Of a DNA stretch of 64,000 bases, positions 1 through 12,000 are shown piece by piece (position 1 is the stretch's first letter; every line of letters starts with the position of its first letter). The notes beneath the pieces were generated by a model. The model was not told the DNA's origin. It saw only the letters and a list, made by a program, of their open reading frames with translations, and made no database searches. Origin of the DNA: Candidatus Omnitrophota bacterium (GTDB lineage: Bacteria > Omnitrophota > Gorgyraeia > 2-02-FULL-51-18). The stretch lies in the NCBI GenBank assembly GCA_023247915.1, contig JAHFFN010000002.1, positions 1,202 to 65,201 on the forward strand, read 5' to 3'. A program made the position numbers and the translations under genes.

Positions 1-23
1 GAGAAGCTAAGCTAAGACATTAT

Positions 24-3000
24 GTGAGAATGGCTTCAATTCCTGTGACTCTGATTTTATTTTCGGGAGTAGCCCATCTTTTTGGTTTTTCTTTCTTACA
101 GATGGGTCTCCATAATGCCGGCGTCGGCGCCTTGCCATTTGCTCAATCTACTCATTGGGCGGGAGTTCTTGCGGGAATTCTTTTTGACCCGATTTGGCAC
201 ACTCTCCTACAGTCTTTGACTGTCCAAGGAATCCTCTCACCGTTTTTAACGGTATTTGTCCGGAGTTATGCGGCAAAGAATAAAGACAACCGGAACGCAC
301 TGTTTGACCAACGGTTGCTTCAGTCAGAAAATCTTCCAAAACGGCTTGGCTTGGAGATTCCCAGTAATATCCGCTGGAGCTGGGATGCCAATGAAATCAT
401 CAGATTTCTTCAAAACCCTCCGGCCGGTTTGTCCGATGAACAACTTTCCAATCTAAAACAGATTTTGTACCTGGTGTTGGCGTATGACCAGAGACAATAC
501 GCATGGCAGGCAAAAGTGATTCGAGCCACGGATATCCAGAGACAGCAGATTAAAGCGCTTATTATAGAGGATGTTGCGAGAAAGAGAGGTCCTCCGAATC
601 AATCAGAGATGAAAGTCGTTTCATTGGTGGTCGATGAATTAAAGAGCCAAGCTCGTGTTAAAACAATCGGCGGTGGAGATATTTGGAAAGGTTTAGGAAA
701 ATCATGGGCTTCCATGTGGATTGTGAACATCGAAATCACTACTTTCCTGCATCAGTTAGGTTTATTTGATGAAGCCGTTTCTTATTGGTTGGGCGTGAAA
801 TTAAACCTGATACGTATTGGTGAATTTGTCGAAGGTGCCAGCCACGGTCATTCCAGCCATTTTGAATCCGGAAGTTTCCTGGATACTTTTGTGAAGCCTG
901 TGGATGCCGGCGGTTATGGCGGTATGCTTGGACTTTTTCAAGGTTTAGTAAGAGATATCCAGTCGATTGGTAATTCTACCGAAGCACTTCATAACACTGT
1001 CCAATGGGCACAGAATATATTTGCTCGATTCACAGAACGCAGTTCCGATGAAGAAGAGCGTGTGAGAAACCAGACCAATCAAGAAGCTATTTTAGATGTG
1101 AATGCTAGAAAAGCTGCTGAAAAAGCCGAGGTTGAAGCAGAGAAAGAGAAGAAGAGAGTGGCGGATGAACAAGCCGCCAAGAAGGCCGACGACGAACAAA
1201 AAGCCAAAATGGAAGCCGAGGCGGAACAAAAGAGAATCGCAGATGCGAAAGCTAAGGTTGAACTGGACGCCAAGATGGCCGCGGATGCTAAGCGCGCGGC
1301 TGATGAAAAGACTGCCCAAGAAGCCAAGGAAGAAATTTTAAGAAAAGAGACCGAGCAAGCGGCTGCCGTCAAAAAAGCCGCTGAAGAAAAAGCAGCCGCA
1401 GATGCCAAAGCCAAAGAAGACATTTTGAAAGCGGAAGCCGAAGCCGCCAGAAAAGCGCAAGAAGCGAAGGCTGCCCAAGAAGCCAAAATAGCGGCCGAGC
1501 AAGCGGTGGAGGCCAAGCGCATTGCCGATGAAAAAGCGGCTCAAGAGGCTAAAGAAAAGGCCGAAAAATCAAAAAATCCTATTGATAAGGGCATTGAAGA
1601 TCTACAGCAGAAAATCAAAGTTATCCGCGAACTCCGTAAGTCTAACCAAATTCCAGCCGCGGAAGCGATCAAACAAATCGATCAAATCTTGAAAGAGATG
1701 GAGAAGCTCCGCAAGTCTTCCAATACTTCCGGTGTTTTGCCTGCCAATACGCCGGTGATGGTGGCTGCGCTCATGAATTCAACCGGCGTTCTTTCCGTGC
1801 CCGCAGAAGAAACGAACGATAAGCTTGCGGCGCTCGAAGCCGAAGCAAAACAACTTCGTGAAGAAGCCGTCAAAGCCGATGAGGAAGAGAAGGCTAAAGA
1901 AGCTTTTGTTGCCTACGTCGAACCTTTCACTAAAGATTCTGTGAAATTAGCTCGCGAAGTGAAGCAGTTAAAAGATTCCGTCGAAACGCCAGCGACTCCG
2001 GAAATTCGCGAGAATCTTAAGAAGAGAATCATTGGTATTATGATCGCCGAAGGCGTGGTCAACGGCGTGAATTCCGACGAGTACAAAGCCGCCAAGCTGA
2101 TGTTTGAGAAAAAATATTCCGGCAAAAAGAACCCGGTGATGGGTTCCGCTGATTTTGAGTTTTTACCCAAACAGATCGAAAAAGCTTTTAAACAACTTGG
2201 TTACACAAAGCCGCTTAAAGCACAGGAAGCAGAAAGAAACAGGATTGCCCAAGAAGTTCAAGCCGAGCAAAGATCCAAACGTTTAGCGGAACTTGCGGCA
2301 ATTGAAAAAGAAGCCAACGAGCTTCGAGAAGCGGCTCGTAAGGAAGACGCTGAACAGTCTGCTGCCAATCAAGCCAAAGTAAAAGCGGACGCAGAAGCCA
2401 ATAAAAATGGCGAAAAAGCTATCGCGGCCATAGGGGAGAAAGTTAAAGCCCAAAAAGAAAAAACCACTCAAGAAGAAGAGGCGAGGAAGAAAGCCGCCGC
2501 CGAAGCCGCCAAAAAAGCAGTCGATAAACAAGCGAAGCTGAAGGCCGAGCTTAAAGATTTAAAAAAAGAAGACATTAAGGCTTCCGAAAAAGCGAACAGA
2601 CTGCTCGGCAAAAAGGGTTACGACGCCGCCGAAGCTAAAGTCTCCGAAATTCATGCCCGGATGCAACAAGTAGAGATGCAGTTAGCGGCTTCCGGTTCCG
2701 GTGGAACAGTTTCAGGTGCTGGCCCCGGCCCCGGAAAACCTGTCGAAGAAGTTAAAACGCCCGCGCCTGTTGTTCCTGTCACCACGCCTGCGAAAGCAAA
2801 CACCACCACAGAGCCTCCTCAAGAAGAAAAAGTTTCAAAACCTGCTCCAGTAGCGAATGTGACTCCAGCTAAAACAGGAGAAGATCGCTCCGTCGAAATT
2901 CGCCGCGAAAGTAATGAATCCAAAGCCAAACAGCTCGCGGAACAAGCGGATCTGGTATTTGATTTCACTTATAGAGTGGTCGATAAAAACGGCCACGAAG

Positions 3001-6000
3001 TTCCCGTTCAGTTTTTGGAAGATAAAGGCTTTTTCAGTCCTTCTACTGTTCTCGCAGATGCCAAGCCGAATGACACACGAATTACTCATATCCGTGTCGG
3101 TAATAAAACCTATCGATTGGAAGAACTCTCCAAATTCGACAAAGACGGTTTTCAATTTCAGGTGAAATATACCGGTCGCGGAAATTCGGAATGGAAAGAT
3201 GAAGATTTCGAAAAAATCCGCATCCAGACAAAATTGAAAGGTACCGATTTCAGCCATATGGCAATCGATGAATTTGTTTCACGTTACATCGATCAAAATA
3301 TCGAACGGCGCATGGAATTAAATAAAGTCCAAATGGAAAAGCTGGGAATCAAAAAAGTCGCTTATCAGCGCATCGGACCTCGCGTCTCAGCAGTGGCGGG
3401 AGGGATGGAACATTTTACGTTGTCCGTGGAATTTAGTTTTGATTCTCATACAAGAGCATCCATCAAGGCTCAGAAAGAGGCGTTAAATTTTGCCTACGAA
3501 AAAGTATCTGTCACCACTTCGGATCTTCGCAAAGAAGCCAAGGCTTTGTACCTGAAACTTTGGAATCAGCGGCGTGCTTATGATGAGACTCTTGAACTTT
3601 GGCGCAAAACCTCGGAGCGTACCGAAGAGGACAAAACAGCCCGTCGTAGCGCTAATACTCAAAATCAAGACTTGCTGTATGAAGCCAAAACAGCGGAGAC
3701 TCTGGAAAACGAATATAAAAAGATGGTGGATCTCCAATCAACAATCAAGGAGCGTTTTGGACTTTCAGATCCGACTTATTTTGATTCTTGGGTGATTGGC
3801 ACAAATCCCCAGACGCTTGAAAACCTCAAAACTAATCCTGCGCAAACCAATGCTCATCAAACCCAATTAGCTGCCGCTCAAGTCAAAATTGACAAAGCTT
3901 CAGAACCTACCGCCGGCCGTCCGCGTTACAGTGCCGGAGTGGCTCTCGGAGGTTTTTGGCGCCACCAGGGAGGTGGAGCGACGGTGTATGCCAACCTGGA
4001 AATTTATGACTTTGGTTACACTAAGAACGCCAGAGAAACCGCCAAGGTCACGACGGATATTGATACGGCTCGTTTGGCGGCCGAGGTGATGAGACGTTCT
4101 TATGACATCCAACGTCAAGGCGCTGCTTTAGAGGATCTCAAAACACAGCTTGAAGAAAAACAAAAAGCGCTTGAAAAAGCGGAGTCTATTCGTCGGGCGA
4201 CGGCGCAAGGCGAAAGCATCGGCGTCTTGAATGAAACCCGCCAGCAAGCGGAGTTGACGGCTTATGGCTTAAGGCAGGAAATTGCTCGCCTTGAAGAAAT
4301 GACGGCTATTCTTGAAATTACAAAAGACAGAGAAAGCGCCAAACCTGCCAAGCCGGCCGATCCCAGTCTCCAAAATTTAAATTTTGAAGCGATTTTGACG
4401 CTTTCACAGAAAAATGTGTCGACGCCCGCGTCTCGAGGAGATCTAGAAAAGATCCGCAAGGCCTCCGGTTCTTTCCAAGAGCTTCAAACGGCGCTTTCCG
4501 CCCATCATAATGTCTGGCTATTAGAGGAAGCGAGACTTCAAGAAGACTTTATGCGTAGTGCCGGCATGGCTCGAGTCAAAGAATCCAACCCTCGTCTTTT
4601 CCTGACGGTACAGGCGCAGGTCGGCACCATCCAATACGTGACGGGTGGACTGATGCTGGAATGGACTAATTTTCAAAGAGAAAGAAACAAACACTTGAAG
4701 GCTATGGCGGAACTCGGCCCCCAGGCCGCCGCCAAGGCGCGTGAAGCTTTGGAAAGCCTATATAAGGAAGAACTTTATCGAGCAGGCCTTGAACACTATT
4801 CCATCCAGGCGGCCATGAAAACTCTCGAAGACAATATTAAAATCCTGGAAAAAAATCTGAGTGACATCAATGACGGCAAACATTCGTCTTTGGCGGTGAT
4901 GGAAGCCGAATTACTTCTCATGCAAGCCCAAAGCCTTTTAAAGCATTACAAATTTACCGCACAAATGACAGAACTTCGCATCAAAGAGCTCTCCGGGCTT
5001 TCTCCGGAGGAGCAAATCAGCCTCGCCGTCTCTCCTTCTACAACGACTCTTGAGACAGGTTTACCTGGCTATCATTCTGGCGCCAATGTGGAACGCGCTA
5101 ATCTTGTTCTAAAATTCGCCGAAGAAGAAGTTAAAGCCGCCAAAGCCAGACAAGGGATTAAATCGGCGGTAGGAGTGGGTTGGCCGACCGGGCTGATTGT
5201 TGATGTCAGTCAATTTTTAAATCGGGGTCTTTTTGAACCGGTTTTGAATCTCGCCAGAATCAAGACAGCCCGCCAAGAAACTCAGAAAAATTGGCAGATC
5301 ATGAGTGAGATTTCAAGAATTGACGCGCAAATGTCGGTGACTCAAGCTCAAAAAACTCAAGAACTGAGACTTTTTGAACTTCGCCAAGCCAAAGATTCGT
5401 CTGAAAAACTTCTGGTGGAAGTGAGTCGCATTTTGAATAACCTGGATCAGGAGATTCAAGAAACTCAGCAAAACATTGTGACCAGACCGGAAGATTTGAA
5501 TAATCTTTTGATCGAGCGCAATCATTATCTATGGTTTATGGATACTTTGAAATTACAAGGTATCGAAGCGGGCACACTTTTGGCGGCAGAAGAAAAAAAT
5601 CAACCGGCTCCTCAAGAGCAAAAAGTGCTGGTTGTGCCGACTCTTGCCCAGGCAATGGATCGATTGTCGGAAAATCCTCAAATCAAATCCCAAAGAGAAA
5701 AAATTGCACAGGAAAAACGTCGTCCCGGCGCCATTACTTGGGTAGATTCTACGGCAACTTTCCGGGTGAATTACGGCCTCATGGCGGAGACCCCGGGTCG
5801 CGATACGATGCAGAAAGTAATGAATCAAGAAGCCGGCATGCATATTCCTGCCGGTTCCCCGATCGGACTTTTTACTCTTAACGATGTATTGGTAGGACAG
5901 GAAAGAGAATATTTTAATAAGTCCACCAAGAAAGTGGAAGGGCAGGGAGGGATTCGCGCTGACGCCGGCTTGGAAGCGACGATTGATCTTTTTACCGGTG

Positions 6001-9000
6001 CAAGAAGGCAATCGGCTGTGTGGGTGCAAGCCCAGGCGGAAATGGTTGCCAATGAAGCGCTGATCGCGCAAGCCACAGCCATGAATGATTTATGGCACGA
6101 TCAGGAAGCGGAATATAAAGGCATTGTTTGGACTGTCCAAGAAATTCGCGATCTCAAAGCTCAGAGAGACGCTGAAAAATCAAATCCATTGGCCGATGCG
6201 GGCCGTGTCCGGGAACTGGACAGAAATATAGACAATCACCAGATAGAGCTTGCCAAACGCAAAGCAAATTTTGCGCTTCGCCAACAACATCTGTCTTTTG
6301 CCATGACCGGCGTGCCGGGCGTGAAGGTGGTTATTCCCTCACTCGACATTGAAGCGATTGAAGAAAAGGTCGAAAAAGATCCGCGTTTGAGTCTTCAGGA
6401 ATCTCCGGCACAGGAAACTCTCAACAATACACGGGAACTCGGACGAAATCTTGCTCTGTGGGGTGTGGAAGACACCGGGAATAGAACTCAGTTGAGTATC
6501 CGCGCTGAGGAAAATGCCAATCGCATCGCGCGGAAAGCGGTCAAACATTTGACGGTGGGCGCCGCTGATTCCATCCAAATCTACAAGGAAATCACCGCCG
6601 ATCAGCAATTTCTTTACAATAAGCAAAAGAATGGCACGACACGCGTTGTGGGGCAAGGCACTTTCCAGACTCATGAAAACACCAAGGTCGCGCGTTACAA
6701 TTTTTCGGAAGGAACTTTGCCCGCGTATACTAAGGCCACTCTGTTTAACACCGCGGATCGATTCGATAAAAAACAAGCGGACAAGCGTACGGAAAACGCG
6801 AAGCTTTGGGCGGTACGTGAAAAAGACCGCGTGACCCGCGAAATGAACGGGCTCATTTCGGATTACAATCATGCGGTGTCCATGCTGGACATCGCGATTG
6901 ATAAGTACGAGAGCAACAAAGCTGCCAAACAGATGACAGATACTTCCCCTGAAAATTACTCCACTTCGGAAATTATTGCGGCCAATGAAGCCTACTATGG
7001 CGCCGCCCAAAGTTTGGAAGTTTACCACGCCGATTTCCTCAAAGCGCAAGATCACATCGATACCAAAATACTTTTTTACACCAATAATCAGAGACGATTA
7101 AAAGATGTGTTGGGCGACCGCCAACCGCTGGCACAACCTTCCGCCGAAAGCCGCGCTGATAAAATCAGCCAAGAGTTTATCGTTAAAGAAAAACAAGCCA
7201 AAGCGGAGAGAGCCGTCAAACCTTCAGCTCCTATCGTTGAACAACCCAGAATTCCCACCGTGCATGAATATGAGAAAGCCAGAAGAAATGTCGTATTCGC
7301 TGAAAACGAATTTTTAGCGGCTCTTCAAAGAGGCTATAACCGTGTGGGCGCGGTGCGCGGTTTTGGAGACTATGATGTGAAAGATCAGGGTAAACCCGGT
7401 CAATTTTATTACGCGGTGGAAGTAGAGCGCTCCGAAGCGGATGGTAGTTTTAAGATCGTGAGATTTTTCGAAAACGCTCCTGACGCCGCCAAAGCCTACG
7501 AATCCAATCTCACGGACGCTGATAAAAAAATCATCGAAGAAGGCAAAAACCCATGGCCTTTCGAAAGCCGCCAACTTTCAAAGAATAATTTTGTTTTAAG
7601 ATATTTTCTCGCGGTAAAGATGGATCCTTCCAAAGAAGGAGCCGTCACCAAGGGGTATTCGGATCCCAAAGATCTTCCGCGACTGGTGTCCGAAGTTTCG
7701 TTTACCAGTGAACAGCAAAAAGAAGAGTATAAAAACATGAGCCCCGAGAAGCGTCGCCTGAACGACATCGTCGGCATCAATGAAGAGATGGGTAAATTTT
7801 GGCAATTTGCCAGAAATTCTCAAAAATTCATCACCAACAAAATTATAGATCAAGAGGATTATGAAAAAGCCGCGAAAGAGTATAAAAAGTGGCTTGAAGA
7901 CAAGAAAAATGGTGGCGCCGTCGGAGAAAATCCATTCAACAAAGTGCCGGAGATTAAATTTGGCACCGGCCTGGCGTTTCGTTCCAAAGATAAAGTAATT
8001 CCTCTCGGGCTAAAACAAGAAGCGTTGAAAGATGAACTTTCTTTCCGTGACGGTGGAGCCCTGATCCCAACCTCCGAAAAAATACCCAATCAACCGCTCG
8101 TGACCGCGGCAGATTACTCCAAATCCCGCGAAACACTGGAGACTCACTTAGGGAATCTTGTAGATCGTCTTGAGGAGGAATCTCGAAAGGAGAATCCGGA
8201 TAGCAAGCGGGTGGCTTTGATTCTCGAGGAGCTACACAAAGCTTCGGACAACAATGTGATTCACAACGCGGACGGTACGGTGGAAGTTATCCGTTACGGT
8301 TTGATTCACGCGCGCAAGCATCTGGAAGAAATGAAGGACATTTTCCGTCGGCAAACAGGATTAACAGAGCCGCAATTCAATGAAGCGTTGACGGATATGT
8401 TTGGGCATGAAGCTGTTAAAAATCCGTCCGGCGAACAGCTTCAGGATTTGGTGGATAGAGAAAGTAAAGTAGAAATCAAAAAGACACTTATTTTAGGCAA
8501 AGAAGCCGACGGCAAATCAAAAGAAGATTCTTTTGGACGCGTCTGGGTTTTGACGGAGCCCAGTAAAGGTCGGCCGGCCAGAGTCGAAGTTTATAATGCG
8601 CTCGGCGAACTGCGATCCATGTATGGTGAGGTGGATCCGGCCAGCATTTCGGTGGATGCGCCATCCGGAAAGGTTACATTCAAACACAATAAAAGATCCG
8701 AAGTGGTCAAACGCGATCCCGCTACCCGCGAGATTTTATTCACTCAATCCTATGAAGCCGATGAAAACGGCGTAGAACATCCGTCCGGATACGGAGTGGG
8801 AATAGGAAGAGACGCTCAGGGTCAGCTCCAGATGCAAGATCACACCTTGTTTCAAGACGCCGATGGCAATTACTTTGATAAAGACGGCAACACCCTCAAA
8901 GAAAGTGAGCTCAAGCCGGATTTTAGTAACGCGCTCGCAACCTCAATTTTAAATACCTTGGATCTGATCTCCGGCAATGCCTCTGAACAACGTGAGATTT

Positions 9001-12000
9001 TGGCGGACGGAGCGTCAATTCTCAGGGTAAGAAAGTATGGAAAAGTTGAATATCCCGATGAACCGACTTCGGTCGATATTTTTTATATTTCAGCTGATGG
9101 GTCTGTTAAGCGGCTTGACGGACATAGCGAGGCAGTGGCTCACGATGACAAGGGCAATATCATTAGCCAAAATACCACTCTTTTGTATGACGGTCGCGGT
9201 CAACCGGTGCTGGATCGAAGCGGAAACCAAGCCTCTTTTACTATTTTAGAAACCCATTCTCCGGCCGGGCATCTTTTAAAACAGGAAATTCCCGATAGGG
9301 ACTCCAAAGTTGAAGGTTCGAAAATCGTTCTCAAATCGGATCCTACCCAAGAAGGCAATAAAACTCTCATTGAAGTAAAGTACAAAAACGGACACAAAAC
9401 AGAGAGCAATCGTTTCCATGTCAAAACAGAGAATCAGTGGCCGCATCTCTCCCGGTCTATCCCAAGAGGTTTTAGTAAAGAAGGTTTGGCGATTGTAGAA
9501 GAAATAGAATTTGTTCAAAAGACGGATGCGGCCGGCAATTTAGTGAATCAAGAAGTTTCGCATCGTTTCGATTTCTTTGATTCCATGGGTCTTCTCCGGA
9601 GACAAGAATATCCCGCCGAAGGTGGCAAAAAAGTCACCACGATCGCTTATGCGTTCGGCCGTCGGATTTCCAGTGAACAGAGATTTGTCGCTACGGACGG
9701 TTCCAGTCGTCTTCTTTCTCAAGGACAAACGGAGACTTATGATGTGGACGGAAACGCCATCGTCCAAGCCAAATTTTACGCGGCAGATGAAATCACCGTC
9801 ATTCGAAACGAAAAAGTGCTTTGCGAACCTTCCGGTCGTCAGCATGTGATCACCAAAGCCCGTTTTGACGGGAAACAGGTGGACAGTGTGGTGATGAATG
9901 ACCTTGAAATTGGAGTAGCCGCCCCATCTTATCTCATTAATCTCGACCCTTCTCAGCCTATTGCGGTTGACTATTCAAAAACTGCGGCGAACGTGACGCT
10001 TCTGAGTGAAAGCGAACATGGAAAGTCCCTGCAAATCGATCCTCTAAAAACGGATGGAAATTCAACCGGCAAGATAAAATTTGTTTCCATTGACTCGGAT
10101 GGTGTCTCCGCTCCTCTGACGCCTGTTTTTAAATCCGGCACCAAAGAAATTGATTATTTCACCGGTTCGGTGAATCCTCTTCTTAAAAAGGGAGATACAT
10201 CCCCGGCCAAACGCTGGAATGTCGAAGCTAATCAATTAGAAGGTTCTCCTTTAGCTAATCTTGAAGTTTTTAGAGGATCTGCTGAGACGGGAATGATTCT
10301 AAAAGCCCAGCCTTTAGGAAATACTGAAAATCCCAAAGGCACCCCCAAATTCGATGCTATTGATCTTACGGGCGACCGGACTTCTTTAACGCCGGTTTTT
10401 AAAGCGGGTACCAAGGAGATTGATTATTTCACCGGCGTACCCACGCCGCTTCTTAAGGAGAAAGATAAATCTCAAGCCCAGCGCTGGAATGATGAAACTC
10501 ATCAGTTTGAGGGTCCTGTCTTGAGTAATCTCGAAGTCACCTCAGGATCTGCTTCAGCGGGGATGATTTTAAAAATCCAACCAGTGGATGATAAAAACAA
10601 ACCCAATCAACAAAAAACGCGTGAATTTATTTTTGCGGATGGAAGTTCCTCGCCAGTGATTAAAATTGGCGATTTGTATTTGGTTCAAATCGGCGAACTC
10701 GAATTAAATAAACCCGTAGACATGTACCCAGTAGACGTCAAGACGGCTCATTTGGATCAGACCGTTGTTTTCGCGACAGTCACTCTTTTGGAAAAAAATT
10801 CGGATGGTTCCATGCGGGTGCGTATTCAAGCGACGGACGCCGTAAAAACCGATAATTTTAAAGGCTCGGCTCTTGAAATTTCTCTGACTCCAAAGTACCA
10901 CATCAGTAAAAAAATCAGAGAATGGAGTCGGTACGGGCATTCTTACAAATCCATTGAAGTGAATGATGGAGAAAAATCCGATCTTGTGGGATATGAAGTT
11001 CCTGTTTCTTCCACTTTATTTATTGATGGCAAGGAATACAGTTCCGTTGCATTTCTTGCGCCTATGACTTTAAAACAAGTTTTAGGTAAAGACGGTTTTT
11101 CAGCGATACCAGCAGGCGATAAAAAAGCACTTACGCAGAAGGGGATTAGCGAAGAAACAGCACTGCAACCAGCTGTGACCACCTTAAAAGATAGTCATCT
11201 TTCTTGGACGGATTATCGGATCCCTGGAGATGAAGACGCGAGGATTATTCTTACTCAAAGCTCAAACACCAAGGTTCTTTCAGTGGATTGGGATGAACAG
11301 GGGGATGTCACTCATAGCTATTCTATCGCGGCTGACGGACAAATTGTGGAAGAGGCTTTCGCGAGCGAAAAAATCACTCTAAAGAGTTTCCTTGATCTTT
11401 TTCCAAACACGGAAGAATCCGAGCAGATTAAAAAAGAAGTGACCACCCAATGGGAGAAGCAATTCGGTCTGACTCTTACATCCAAAGTTCCTGTGATTCA
11501 AAAAGCCCCATGGAAAATGATTCAGGATGGCGATGGAAAAATGAAATTTCAGCGGCCGGAATGGATCAGCCGAAATTTAAAATCCATCATGGATAAGACA
11601 GATCTTATCTTTAGGCTTCCTCAAGATCCTTCGAAAACGAGTTTAGGTTTTGTGAATCGTAATCCCAAGACGACTATTTTAGGAGCTACCTCCGAGGATG
11701 GAGACGGGGACATTACCATCAATCGTTTGTGGGTGAAAAATAGAGCTCCTCAAGGAATCGTTCCTGAAAGCGTGACGCTCCTTGGACATGTCAGCCATGC
11801 TCGGGATTCTCAAGTGGTTCGAAAAGTGTTTAGCCGTGAAAATAGTGACAACACAGGAACTATTTATACTATTTCCGGGGATCCTCTAAAAGTCGAAGAA
11901 GAGCGGTTTTTTGACGGGCCGCTTATCCGGGATAGACGTTATCACGTGCCCCATTTTATCGCGGAAATTCCTATGTTTGTCCGGCCAGATCGTCTGGAAG

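Noticed and set aside
1079-1544. Minus-strand and alternate-frame ORFs of 68-147 aa (1079-1522, 1092-1319, 1102-1341, 1338-1544) with Ala/Ser/Phe- or Lys/Arg-rich translations.
   Set aside because: They mirror the GCN/GAR/AAR codon periodicity of the Ala/Glu/Lys tract of the giant ORF. They have low-complexity products and no independent start signals. They are shadow ORFs.
4063-4080. Additional ARL tripeptides outside the eight counted (TARLAA near nt 4063-4080, EARLQE near nt 4530, QARLGG near nt 21310).
   Set aside because: They lack the small-residue/polar low-complexity context. They sit inside helices or domains rather than at module junctions, and one lies on the extracytoplasmic side. 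They were treated as chance occurrences and not counted.
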